The notes under the pieces were generated by a model. The model saw only the letters and a list, made by a program, of their open reading frames with translations. It was not told the origin of the DNA and made no database searches. Below, in pieces: positions 11,301 through 20,882 of a DNA stretch of 64,000 nucleotides. Position 1 is the first letter of the stretch. Each line of letters begins with the position of its first letter. The DNA comes from a bacterium (GTDB lineage Bacteria > SM23-31). The translations under genes and the position numbers were made by a program. The stretch lies in NCBI GenBank assembly GCA_965249485.1, contig OZ252239.1, positions 2,400,001 to 2,464,000 of the forward strand. The letters are read 5' to 3'.

Positions 11301-11741
11301 CCACCCGATTCGGTCCGCGACTTCGAGCGCCGCATACATGACGCCGCGTTCATCATATCCACTCACTAATAACGCTGTTTTCCCATTCCAACGGGTACGG
11401 TGGATGACCAGCGATTCTTCCTCCTCAGGGAGTTGAACGTTTGCATCCAAAAGCAATTGGGCCAATTCATTTGATTCTTGAGCACTACCGATTACGATCA
11501 AAATATTTCCTTTGGCCGCTTCCAGCGTGTTTACCCGTTCAGCATCGATTTCCTTTTCTTCTAACGCCAGTATTATCTTAGAAACACCGTGGTTTATGGG
11601 GGAACTATTTCGATCATATACGACAAGAGAAACGTCTGCCTGAAAAGCGTGGCTTTGGCTTCCGGTAATCGCTATGATCAGCACACTCAATAATGTAGTA
11701 ATAATATTGGAGAGTGGGCGGGAAGGTAGAACGCAATTCAT
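8328..11741 (-). CDS. large secreted hypothetical protein, possibly carbohydrate-active (GH67/GH115-like N-terminal region, two repeated C-terminal Ig-like modules)
   Basis: AAGGAG precedes the ATG at 11741; signal peptide; SGYDERGVMYAALE motif; two H-x-P...V.LRY...Y.A.I modules. Confidence 0.55.
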   Translation of the reverse strand: MNCVLPSRPLSNIITTLLSVLIIAITGSQSHAFQADVSLVVYDRNSSPINHGVSKIILALEEKEIDAERVNTLEAAKGNILIVIGSAQESNELAQLLLDANVQLPEEEESLVIHRTRWNGKTALLVSGYDERGVMYAALEVADRIGWAKNQDDPLSEVRDVSEAPEVGERALGQIIVNQSEFEWTFFSEDYWNEYLDMAAKNRYNTFVMTFGYAAAGYFAPIYPYLFEVEGFHEVGVTGITEEKRRRNLEMLKLVIRKTHDRGMKFTLGFWSHLNRRNDVYGPVTKPTQDQVWGLGDHNLIEYTEAALAKFLRLDFGMDAIQFRAHIESAVTLLYQLPFWHSIYEVIKDSGVDIRVDMRAKGFPDDLIDDALDSGLDVRITTKYWGEQMVLPYHPTHITRGNQLGRRAGYADLLRYPKRYKMHYKLWNWGTTRFLIWGDPEYVRRFTESTHLYDGNGFEVTEPLAWKMARHREERYDILKPDYQYYTWEYERYWYFFQVFGRVGYNPDTPSEVWEHEFEKRFGSKAASDVEQGIRLASKVLPKINAYNLPTVSADGSWAEKQRWRDLPVYINSEPSDTQQFLGIKEATKFHLEGKESPKIWPQKTSDWFANLSNDILKSVEQAEGRIGSHNNKEFVSTMVDLKVLAYLAGYHSIRIHGGLNYASYELTQDLNSLDEAINFEKKAIEVWKKIILVTEGVYADDIIMGEGGRVNLRGHWKDELVKLENGLNALQDERKNSHQDYRHVAAEYYFGQGNTQAGSLPISSGAKFVRVNEGYGWFNDFSLTGKIENRQTFGLTRDNVVSVSRGSGNKNGAPDNLAAGLSFIHGPDPLEGGGHRLMTDMPSGDYELTFTMFDSSVEPRDFGPMWIVANGMDETEEFSVPAGKMVEKTLRTTVTDDRLNLVIDSYTQSTWIMNTIKVTRLAPEIVHVPVRKASPGKKITLYASVNGPDNITQVRIRYGSGELGYRYVAMEQTEPGLYQGSIRGRHVQDGLNYSIEAEDAAGRVITHPQKDGLNHIHVRVTNDNQPPAVSHTPISSADIGKPLVITAKVDDPSGVQWVRLRYRGASQHQDYRTLLMLLTGENGNYQAEIPASHIRPEWDLIYLFEVMDNNGNARMYPDLEVETPYIVVELNREDTN

Positions 11742-12016
11742 TGACAACTCCTTTGAAGTGATACCATTTTGTGTGTATTCACTATGATTATTGAAGAGCA
11801 AAATTAATACATTTGATGTACACAGATAGAATAGAGGGGAGACTAAAATTAAATAGTAATGTATACTCTTTGATTATACAAGTACTTTCTGTTCCACTGG
11901 TTTTAGGATTTGCGATAGTTTATTCGTAGTACATTGTAATATAATTCAAAATATTGTTCAATACATTAATATTTACTATATTTATATAATAAATACATCA
12001 CTGAGAAAGGAATGCC

Positions 12017-13411
12017 ATGAAATTATCAAGACTATTTTCTCTCGTTATCCTTGTAATAGCAAATCTATTTCCGGTAAGCAGTCAAAGTCAGGACAATCCG
12101 ATAAAAACCGTGCTAACTAATTGCAATGTTATCGATTGTACCGGAAGTCCTGTAAAAGAGAATATGACGGTAATAATAACAGGGAACGAAATATCGTCAA
12201 TAACGCAAGGACCGTATCGACCATCACGACAGGACAAAAATAGTGAAGTCATCGATCTGGAAGGCGGGTATATTCTTCCCGGTTTTTGGAACATGCATAC
12301 TCATATGACCGATCTCCTGCCTTGGAATAACGCGCTGAACGACGAGGGGCTTGTTTCAAAAGCGATACGGGGCGGTTTAAATGCTCTGGATGGCCTGCGG
12401 TATGGATTTACAAGTCTTCGTTCTGCAGGTGAGGAGGAATACATAGACGTGACCTGGAGAGGTGTCTTTGACAAAGGATTTTTCCTTGGACCGCGCATCT
12501 TTGCCGCCGGCCCACCGGTATCTCCTACGGCAGGACACAGGGGCAGCGCAAAGGATGGAGCCGACGGTGTTGGGGAAATCAGGAAAGCTGTACGAGAGCG
12601 TATCCGGAACGGTGTCAATGTGATCAAGATTATGAGTCTGGAAATGTTTCCCGATGAGCTTGAGGCTGTCGTAGAAACAGCCCATGGTTTTGGGGTCAGG
12701 GTTTTGGCTCATTCCCGTGAGCCGGGAACCTACAGAGACGTTGCTGCCGGTGTTGATTGTATTGAACATGGATATAAGATGACAGACGAAACTATCAATC
12801 TGATGGCAAAGAAAGGGACTTTTTTCGACCCAACCATCAATGCTAATTTAAGCGATCAATATATCAAAGAGAGGGAAAGAGATCTGGCAAGATTGGGCCA
12901 TTCCGACGATGCAAAAGTCGTCAGGATTCGTAATGCTGTCACCTATGCGGATGAAAGAACCCCTGAGCACGCTTTGTATCAAAGACAAACCCTTAAAAAG
13001 GCTGCCGATGCTGGCGTAAAGCTCCTCATTGGAGCCGACTCTATGCCAATTGGGGAAATCGGGATCCTGGAAATGGAAGAATTTGTTAATGCCGGTGTCA
13101 GCGAGATGCAAACGCTCATTGCCGCCACCCGGAACGGTGCGGATATGTTAGGTGTGCTGGACAGGCTTGGGACTGTCGAAGAAGGAAAACTTGCAGACCT
13201 CGTGGTCGTTGCCGGTAATCCCCTGGATAACATCTCCAATATCAGGAACGTGAAGATGGTCTTTAAAGACGGTGCTTCGGTGGACCTGGAGCATCCTCTT
13301 GGAACGGCCAGTTACCTGGATTATTTTGAGATGTCCGGATTTGGAAGAATCAGACACATCGACCAATTTTTTAAATCGGGAGGAGCCGAAAAGGTTACTC
13401 AAATAAAGTAA
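12017..13411 (+). CDS. metal-dependent amidohydrolase with signal peptide
   Basis: PGFWNMHTH, AHS, IEHG, GAD, GKLADLVVV motifs. Confidence 0.9.
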   Translation: MKLSRLFSLVILVIANLFPVSSQSQDNPIKTVLTNCNVIDCTGSPVKENMTVIITGNEISSITQGPYRPSRQDKNSEVIDLEGGYILPGFWNMHTHMTDLLPWNNALNDEGLVSKAIRGGLNALDGLRYGFTSLRSAGEEEYIDVTWRGVFDKGFFLGPRIFAAGPPVSPTAGHRGSAKDGADGVGEIRKAVRERIRNGVNVIKIMSLEMFPDELEAVVETAHGFGVRVLAHSREPGTYRDVAAGVDCIEHGYKMTDETINLMAKKGTFFDPTINANLSDQYIKERERDLARLGHSDDAKVVRIRNAVTYADERTPEHALYQRQTLKKAADAGVKLLIGADSMPIGEIGILEMEEFVNAGVSEMQTLIAATRNGADMLGVLDRLGTVEEGKLADLVVVAGNPLDNISNIRNVKMVFKDGASVDLEHPLGTASYLDYFEMSGFGRIRHIDQFFKSGGAEKVTQIK

Positions 13412-13614
13412 GATTAGATTGGATCAGACAAAAAATAACGACTTTACGGTTTGAAGTAGCACTGGAAATGTCTTAGCATAACTCTTATTAGAATATGCAG
13501 ATAGAGTCTCTGAAAGCAGGTGCTATGAGCAATGCTGTGATGATAGACCCGGTGCGTAGATTACGCTCTCCAAAAAGTGGGCACTTAGCAAATTCTTGCA
13601 CACAGCAAATTATT

Positions 13615-14118
13615 TTATGTCGTAACCTCGTTCAATTTTCCGGTTTTCACATCGAAAACAAATCCTCTGACAGTTATATCTTCCGGAATCCAGGGATGAG
13701 TTTTAATTTTTTGGATTTGTTGACGGATATTTTCCTCAAGGTCATCAAACGCATGAAAACAGGCTGGAGATACCGCTGCCGTGCCCGTTTGCTGCTGCAG
13801 TTTTGCTCTTAAATCATTATCTTGAAATTTCATCATCCCGCAATCGGTATGATTTATTATCATGAATTCTTGAGTTCCAAGCAGATGATGCGAAATGATA
13901 AGAGACCTGAGAGCATCCTCGGTTACTATTCCGCCGGCATTGCGTATGATATGAGCGTCGCCTGTCTTCAGTCCTAAAATGTCCTCAATTGTCACACGGG
14001 CATCCATACAGGCGACAACAGCCAATTTTCTACCCGGGGGCTTTGGAAGATCTCCCAGCGTAAAATTATCCGCATAGTCTTTATTAGCTAGAAGAATTTC
14101 TGCAATAACACTCATCAT
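13615..14118 (-). CDS. beta-class carbonic anhydrase
   Basis: CMDAR, RNAGG and HTDCG zinc motifs; RBS upstream of the ATG at 14118. Confidence 0.92.
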   Translation of the reverse strand: MMSVIAEILLANKDYADNFTLGDLPKPPGRKLAVVACMDARVTIEDILGLKTGDAHIIRNAGGIVTEDALRSLIISHHLLGTQEFMIINHTDCGMMKFQDNDLRAKLQQQTGTAAVSPACFHAFDDLEENIRQQIQKIKTHPWIPEDITVRGFVFDVKTGKLNEVTT

Positions 14119-14281
14119 ACAATTCCCTTCAAAACGTAAATCGTAACTCTTCTCATTAATCGAGATTAAAATCTCGTTCTTTGACAGTACCAATGACTAA
14201 ATCTAATGTATTGATACAACATCAGCATGTATCATCTTACTTTGTCCATTATCAGTATCAAAAAAGAATTTCCGGGCACAT

Positions 14282-15829
14282 TTATTGAGATGCTTTCCTT
14301 CTCGGCATCATTTCATCGCGCATGGCTGCATGGTACACAAAAGCTGCAATAATCGCGGCATTATGTTTAAGAGTGTTCTCCGGTGTATAGTCTGCTACAT
14401 CCATGTTGGTATGAATCTGTGTAGTAAAATACTGCTCCGGATCCTGAATCCATGAAAATGCCGGAATATTCAACGCATCAAAACCAATGTTGTCAGTACA
14501 ACACCCAAATTCCACGGATACCGTTTTTGCCCCTACACTATGAAAAGGCTCAAAGTAGCGTTTCAAAATTGGTCGAATTGCTTCATTACCCTGTGTAAGA
14601 ATTCCTCGAATTTTGTGACCGTTGTTATCGTGATTAAAATAGACAGATATCAATGGTAGCTCCCCGTTGTCTTCACCGGTGAGAATATCACCGACATATT
14701 TCTCGATATATCCTAATGAACCTCGCATTCCTTGTTCTTCGCCTCCCCAAAGCACAAGACGTATTGTGCGCCTGGGTTGAATATCAAGAGCTTTCAATAT
14801 GCGAATAGCCTCCATATTTGTAGCGGAACCAGCACCATTATCAGCTGCTCCTGTCCCGCTGTGGTACGAATCCAAATGACCTCCAACAAACACTAATTGA
14901 TCCTTCAAATTATTATCGGTGCCGGGTATTTCCGCGAAGATATTGGTGTGATTATTGGGATTCTCATTAAATCTGACGTTTAAGTGAAGCTTCAGAGTAA
15001 TCTCAATATTTTTATCAAGCATTCGTACCATTCTTGCATGCTGTTCTTTACTAATCACAAAATTGGGTACCGGCTTCATCTCGCCTTTTTTGCTGTATCG
15101 CTGCTGTCTGGCATCTAATATGCCGGGTGTTTTGCTGCTGCCTCGAATAACCGCGGCGACACCTTCATCCAAAAGAAATCGATTGATTCTATCGGCTTCA
15201 GTTTCTCCCCGATTCAGTCTGCTTTGTATCATTTCTATGGAGGGTCTGACATTATTTGCACTCAAACCACGTATAGGGTTGGGATTTATTTGGCCTTCAG
15301 CTTTTGCCAATTCATCCTCCGTGAAAAATCCTTCCCGATATCCAGATTGTGAGCGAAACTCAGGTGACATCACTATTTTTCCTCTCAATGTACCGCTGAG
15401 TTTCTTCAGGGCTTCCAGAGAGTTATGATCGACAATGACCGGTGAACCAATTACTTCACCATTTGTACCCATTGTCCAGGCATCCGGTAGAGCAGTAATA
15501 TTCATATAACGGGGCGTAATCATCTCAACGGAATAAGATTCTGCTTCCCATCCGCGCAAATCATCAGCGTAAGAATCGAAACGTACGTTCTCGATTCCCC
15601 AATCTTCCAAACGTTGTTTGGTCCAAACTGCCGCTTCGTAATAGGCAGGACTTCCGGACAGACGTGGACCATAAACATCGGTTAAGTAACTCAATGTTTC
15701 CATAACTTGCGAATGTTGGTAAGCTTCTTCCTTAATACGAGCGACGACATCGGAATCAATGATCTCCTGAGCAATGCCGTCTTTTGAAATCATTAACATA
15801 ATAATAAGTATTGCAACTCTGGCAGCCAT
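14282..15829 (-). CDS. M28-family secreted metallopeptidase
   Basis: GPRLSGS, GGHLDS, GAADNGAG, GGEEQG motifs; AGGAG RBS before 15829. Confidence 0.9.
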   Translation of the reverse strand: MAARVAILIIMLMISKDGIAQEIIDSDVVARIKEEAYQHSQVMETLSYLTDVYGPRLSGSPAYYEAAVWTKQRLEDWGIENVRFDSYADDLRGWEAESYSVEMITPRYMNITALPDAWTMGTNGEVIGSPVIVDHNSLEALKKLSGTLRGKIVMSPEFRSQSGYREGFFTEDELAKAEGQINPNPIRGLSANNVRPSIEMIQSRLNRGETEADRINRFLLDEGVAAVIRGSSKTPGILDARQQRYSKKGEMKPVPNFVISKEQHARMVRMLDKNIEITLKLHLNVRFNENPNNHTNIFAEIPGTDNNLKDQLVFVGGHLDSYHSGTGAADNGAGSATNMEAIRILKALDIQPRRTIRLVLWGGEEQGMRGSLGYIEKYVGDILTGEDNGELPLISVYFNHDNNGHKIRGILTQGNEAIRPILKRYFEPFHSVGAKTVSVEFGCCTDNIGFDALNIPAFSWIQDPEQYFTTQIHTNMDVADYTPENTLKHNAAIIAAFVYHAAMRDEMMPRRKASQ

Positions 15830-16073
15830 TTCTATTCTCCTTAAATGTTTGAGCATAAATGAGTTGTGTGACGATTTGGATACTTTGGAATCAAATAGTA
15901 AAGCAAGCATTTTGCTATTGCAAGAAACTTCTACTCTCCGTGCTTTAAGTTTAATAAACGTATCTACTTTCTGAATTATGATGGTTCGTTTTAGTAATAT
16001 TGCACAAGGTATTGAAAAGATTTTCTGATGTTCAGGTGGTTTATTATAAAGAATAATTTTATCAATAAATACT

Positions 16074-18374
16074 TTATTTGCGTAGCAGATAGGTGAATTT
16101 TACGAGAAGTGTGCGGTTACTTAACTCGCCATTATTTTTTCCAACTAAGTTTTCCTGATTATAAACCAGGAAAAAGTCACTTCCCGGTTTATACGTGTAC
16201 TGAACAAGAATATTTTGTCCGATTCTGTCTCTGTTTTCTAAAAGAAGATCATCATCAACCCACTGGATAAATCCCTTTATATAGAGATCAGTTGTAAAAG
16301 TGAAATATATCCGGGAAGTAAGTTTGTTTGTGTGGAATCTCCCTTCATTCAGCTTTACTTCGTTATAATTATAGCTAGTCTGCGCAACGATTCTGCCCAT
16401 GGCATATATATTTGTTGAGATCCCACCGCCGAGTGAAGTACCGTTATATAATTCTCCGCCGTTTATTGAGAGTGAACCGGATATTTTTCTGACGTTTCCG
16501 GTACTATATGTCATTCCTGCTGTCGTCCAGGTATATTCATGCTGCGGGAGAAGGATTTCTGGCCGTATTTCAAAATCTTCGTCAAGATATTCAAATTGCC
16601 GGTCTACCTTGAATTGCAATCTTGTATCATTCTGAAAATGTATTGTAAACGAACCACCAACCTTTTTGTCTAATGTCCGGTACCTGCCGTCTGTCTGATA
16701 CATACCGTTGGCGGTAAAGAGCAATTGTCTTATCGATGGCCATCTTTTGGGTCGGGGTGAGAACGATATACTACCCGATGTATTTTTTATATCTGTTCTT
16801 CGTATAAATCCCATTTCAGGATTAAAAGATTCCTCTATATTCAGAAAACTGGCATTTATACTCAATAGGTCAGCCTGATATCTGAATCCGGTATCTCCCG
16901 CAAAATTGTTTCGATTTAGGATTTTTTCCGGGGAATATGTCCCTGCTGCGACGAAATAGAATGACAATTTTTCATTGAAATTGAAATTAGAATCAAAACC
17001 TATAGAGCGGTTGTATCCGCCGTCTCGTTCATCTTTATTCAACAGCATGATACCAATGGCTGAGCGTGAAAAAACGTTCCGTTTTAACCTGAAAGCACTA
17101 AAATTCGTTTCCGAAATGTTATTATCTTCTTCGATATCAGTTTTTTCGGTCTGAATAGAGACCATTCCCAGAGTGTAGTCACCTATTTTTCCATTGATCC
17201 GGGCTCCACCGATTACGGGAATCGCGTTACCGTCAGAAATCCCGATATTACGGCTGTGAAAAAGCTGGATTGGGCTTGCCTGAGCACGACTGATTCGACC
17301 TCTACTTTGGCCAAACGCAAAGGTTTCCGCTCCTTCTAGAAAAAAATCCCGCTTTTCTGGAAAAAACAGATTGAACCGGGTAAGGTTGATCTGTTCCTGG
17401 TCTGCTTCGATCTGAGCAAAATCGGTATTATAGGTAAAGTCAGCTGTTAACGTGGATGTGAGGTTAGCTTTAATATCCAATCCGGCTTCACCAAGCTCAT
17501 CTTCGGTGAGATCATCACGCTGTACTCCGCCGGTCATAAACGGTTTGATCTCAAAGTTGCCTCCCCTTTTCAGACCGTTAAAACCGGTAATGTCACCCGC
17601 TTCGGATGTCCGAAAATGCCCATCCACTCCGGCATAAAGAGGTACAAACCGCCAGTAATCATATTCATTTTTCCTCTGGATTTCTCTCATGAAATTAACA
17701 CCCATTATAAGGTTGTCTCCTTCCGGGAAACGGAGCATCTGCCAGGGAATCGCTATCTCAATGTACCACCCCTTTTCATCGATCGAAGTTTTTGCATTCC
17801 ACACTCCGTTCCAAACTCGATTTCTGATCTTGCCGTCTTCGCCAAGGGTCGCGTCAATCCGCGCACCTGCTGGATTAGTAGCAAAATTGAAAGCATTCCG
17901 ATGATCATGATAGGTGTCCAGTACTATTTCGAAAATGTCTTCATAACGCAATGCACCATCCCGGCGCATTTCAGAATGTACGATTTTATCGGGTTCCGAA
18001 TCATAGAGCCGGGCGCCAAAAATTAAATTGTCATCGTCGTAAATAATTGCTATTTCAGTTGTTTCGGTCGCAGGAGCACCTGTATCGGGCAGTCGTTGAA
18101 TAAAGTCACCCGAAAATTTGGCCTGTTCCCACACGGAATCATTAAGTATGCCGTCAATCTTCGGACCTTTCGGCACTCTTACTGCTTTCATTGTTCTATG
18201 GTAGGGGCTGGATTCAAAAGAATCAGCCGTCTGCGCAAACGAATTTCCAGAACTGAAGACTGTGACGAGCAGAACAAATCTGGAAACCTTTTTAATAATT
18301 CTAATCGATAGAAGAGGGTTCACGATAAATCTGGTTAGTTGGTTCAATTGATAATTTATGCGTAAAGATAGCAT
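16074..18374 (-). CDS. CBM9-like + DUF5916 outer-membrane-associated protein
   Basis: PKIDG.L...W, YDDDNL, NTDFAQIEAD, LFFPEKRDFFLEG; true start may be downstream. Confidence 0.8.
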   Translation of the reverse strand: MLSLRINYQLNQLTRFIVNPLLSIRIIKKVSRFVLLVTVFSSGNSFAQTADSFESSPYHRTMKAVRVPKGPKIDGILNDSVWEQAKFSGDFIQRLPDTGAPATETTEIAIIYDDDNLIFGARLYDSEPDKIVHSEMRRDGALRYEDIFEIVLDTYHDHRNAFNFATNPAGARIDATLGEDGKIRNRVWNGVWNAKTSIDEKGWYIEIAIPWQMLRFPEGDNLIMGVNFMREIQRKNEYDYWRFVPLYAGVDGHFRTSEAGDITGFNGLKRGGNFEIKPFMTGGVQRDDLTEDELGEAGLDIKANLTSTLTADFTYNTDFAQIEADQEQINLTRFNLFFPEKRDFFLEGAETFAFGQSRGRISRAQASPIQLFHSRNIGISDGNAIPVIGGARINGKIGDYTLGMVSIQTEKTDIEEDNNISETNFSAFRLKRNVFSRSAIGIMLLNKDERDGGYNRSIGFDSNFNFNEKLSFYFVAAGTYSPEKILNRNNFAGDTGFRYQADLLSINASFLNIEESFNPEMGFIRRTDIKNTSGSISFSPRPKRWPSIRQLLFTANGMYQTDGRYRTLDKKVGGSFTIHFQNDTRLQFKVDRQFEYLDEDFEIRPEILLPQHEYTWTTAGMTYSTGNVRKISGSLSINGGELYNGTSLGGGISTNIYAMGRIVAQTSYNYNEVKLNEGRFHTNKLTSRIYFTFTTDLYIKGFIQWVDDDLLLENRDRIGQNILVQYTYKPGSDFFLVYNQENLVGKNNGELSNRTLLVKFTYLLRK

Positions 18375-18583
18375 AAGTTTAGATGATAATCAAGATATAG
18401 GGATACTATTCATTGGAGTATTCATCCATTCATGAATGTACATATACATTTAAAATATGTGTATATTCAAAAAGAGATATTGTTATAAAAAAATTATTTA
18501 AAGTTTTGAATTTCAATCGAATATCTGTTGTATTTCTATACAATAATGTACGTGTAACTTCCTATATAATTGTTACTTTTGAC

Positions 18584-18612
18584 TTGACAACTTATTGAAT
18601 AAAATGTATCAT
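18584..18612 (+). promoter_or_regulatory. sigma70-type promoter for M24 paralog 1
   Basis: TTGACA-17 nt-TATCAT; a homologous copy lies at 31941-31969. Confidence 0.55.
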
Positions 18613-18667
18613 GAATCAGAGTGAGATTGCTATAAAAAACACTATCTAATCACAAGAGGAGGGAACA

Positions 18668-20050
18668 ATGAAATTGCGAATTATGATTTTTTTCTTTGCT
18701 GTAATATTTGCAGTACCTAATGCCATAGCACAGCGAGGAGGCGATTCCTTTAATCCACTTCCGCAGCGTACCGCAGAGACTGACAGGGAAGCGCTTCGTC
18801 TGATGAGAAACGACAAGCTTTACCTAGTTCTGCCGGGAGCCATGCGCGATAATAATGTGGACATGTGGATCCAAGTCAGTCGCGGTAGAGACAGTTTATC
18901 TCCGTATTTTGGATCATTCTCGGGTTATTTGATCTTTACAGACTTGGGAGACAGGATTGAGCGGGCTATGTTTGGTAGAAGCAGGGCTGTTGAAAATATT
19001 GATGTACAAAGTTCTCTCGAGTTCGGGCTCGCTCTTTCCGGCTATGATCACCGACCAAATGTCTACGATGAATTAACAGATTTTGTTGCCGAACGTGATC
19101 CGAAAACGATTGCGGTAAATTTTTCTGAATGGCTTCCTGCAGCAGATGGGATTTCGCATGGTCAATTTCTGCATTTGGAAAAGATATTGGGGCCAAAATT
19201 TTCTCAGAGAATTGTCTCTGCAGACAATGTTGTTACAGATTTTGCGGTAAGAAGGACAAGCAGAGAAGTGGCGGCACAAGTTGAAATATTGGCACTTGCC
19301 CGCCAGCGTGGTTTAGAAAACATATCCAAAATCGTGCCTGGTGTAACGAAGATTAGCGATATAGGTGGCCGCCTTTACTATTCTTCAGGAACAAAACCCA
19401 GTGAATCAGTAAAAGATTTTCCACCTGATGTCAGGTATTTTCTTCCTAACCCTGACTATGTTCTTCAACGTGGCGATTTATTCGTTGGTAGTAATGGCGG
19501 TCCCGGTGGCAGCTATATGGGCTTTGGAGTAGATACGAAAATTCATGCATATATCTTGCGAGAAGGAGAAACACAAGTTCCGGAGTTTATACAAAAGGTC
19601 TATGATAAGGCGATAGCAGGTCAATGGATTTTACGGGAAGGTATGAAAGTCGGCATGACCGCTAAGGAATCTTTGGACGCTATGGTTAAACTCATGGAAG
19701 ATGCAGGCTATATCTATACGCCATTTAGAGATATTGGCACTGAAGACTATAAGATGATCCAGAAAGCACTCGCTGGTAAAGGAACTGATGTTGCAGGATT
19801 TTCCATTGATAATCACAGCTTTGGTATTGGTGGCACTGTCGGGCCCTCAATGGCAGCATTTCGGCCGAACACTCATCATTTGAAAATTCAGGAGAACAAT
19901 ATATTTGCGTTTGAATACATGGTTCATATGAACATTGCGGAAAGACCCGGTTATCCGCTGGCATTTAATATTTCAAATCCTCAAATTGTAACCAGCAAGG
20001 GAGTTGAATTTATTCAGCCCCTCAATGAGAAAATTGTATTGATCAAATAA
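18668..20050 (+). CDS. secreted M24-fold (Xaa-Pro aminopeptidase-like) protein, paralog 1, altered metal ligands
   Basis: LPGAMRDNNVDMWI, ERDPKTIAVN, ADGISH motifs; pita-bread C-terminal half. Confidence 0.8.
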   Translation: MKLRIMIFFFAVIFAVPNAIAQRGGDSFNPLPQRTAETDREALRLMRNDKLYLVLPGAMRDNNVDMWIQVSRGRDSLSPYFGSFSGYLIFTDLGDRIERAMFGRSRAVENIDVQSSLEFGLALSGYDHRPNVYDELTDFVAERDPKTIAVNFSEWLPAADGISHGQFLHLEKILGPKFSQRIVSADNVVTDFAVRRTSREVAAQVEILALARQRGLENISKIVPGVTKISDIGGRLYYSSGTKPSESVKDFPPDVRYFLPNPDYVLQRGDLFVGSNGGPGGSYMGFGVDTKIHAYILREGETQVPEFIQKVYDKAIAGQWILREGMKVGMTAKESLDAMVKLMEDAGYIYTPFRDIGTEDYKMIQKALAGKGTDVAGFSIDNHSFGIGGTVGPSMAAFRPNTHHLKIQENNIFAFEYMVHMNIAERPGYPLAFNISNPQIVTSKGVEFIQPLNEKIVLIK

Positions 20051-20290
20051 GCTGAAAACTCAGGGAGAATAATAGTTACAATTGAATGATTTTACGGAAA
20101 GTTGGGAATAAAGTATATTTGTTATTCCCAATTTTTCTTATACTAACATTAAATGCAAATTAATTGAAAAAATGATTCCTGCAGTTGGGTAATAAAAACA
20201 AACCAATACTATGTGGTAACTCCGAAATTGATGCGCTGCATGATTATGTGAGTACATTATACACGTGGTGCACTTTAGAAAGGTTGGAGC

Positions 20291-20881
20291 ATGTATAATC
20301 CTTATATAGATAGAAGACAGCTTTTGAAAATCGGGATATCCTATGGCGTATTGGCTACTTTGCCATTTGGATGCAGTTCTTTGGATGATGATATTGTCAA
20401 CGAATTACTCACATTTGTTAGTGACTCTGATTTGCCCTTTAATGAGAAACGAATCGGCGTATTACGTGACGCTGATTATGATACTTTGTCAACATTGTGT
20501 AATTACGTAAACCAGACATGGCAATTAACGACAAATCTGGATAGCTACATTATTCGACTAAAGGCAGATCTCGCATTCAAAACGAATGAAGAACCCAGCT
20601 ATTTGACTGAATATGAGAATGCAGTCGAATTAATAAAATTAATAGTTAGCACAAGTGACAGGATTGAAGAAGCATGGTCAACTCTTCTGTTTTCAGAATT
20701 CGATGCTGAAAATTTTGCGTCTACCAAATTAGGTCGAGCGAGAAACTTTGTTTTTGGTGAAATTATCACACACCAGGTTCCTATATCGGAAGGATTCAGA
20801 AGATACGGATTGTCAAATTACAGAGGTTATTATGGCGGACCATTCGACAAACCCGACAGCTACAAGAGAGGAGAGGTGTAG
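20291..20881 (+). CDS. Tat-exported (lipo)protein, probable small subunit/partner of the GMC oxidoreductase
   Basis: DRRQLLK Tat motif, FGC lipobox-like, C-terminal NYRGYYGGP; directly abuts the GMC gene. Confidence 0.6.
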   Translation: MYNPYIDRRQLLKIGISYGVLATLPFGCSSLDDDIVNELLTFVSDSDLPFNEKRIGVLRDADYDTLSTLCNYVNQTWQLTTNLDSYIIRLKADLAFKTNEEPSYLTEYENAVELIKLIVSTSDRIEEAWSTLLFSEFDAENFASTKLGRARNFVFGEIITHQVPISEGFRRYGLSNYRGYYGGPFDKPDSYKRGEV

Positions 20882-20882
20882 A

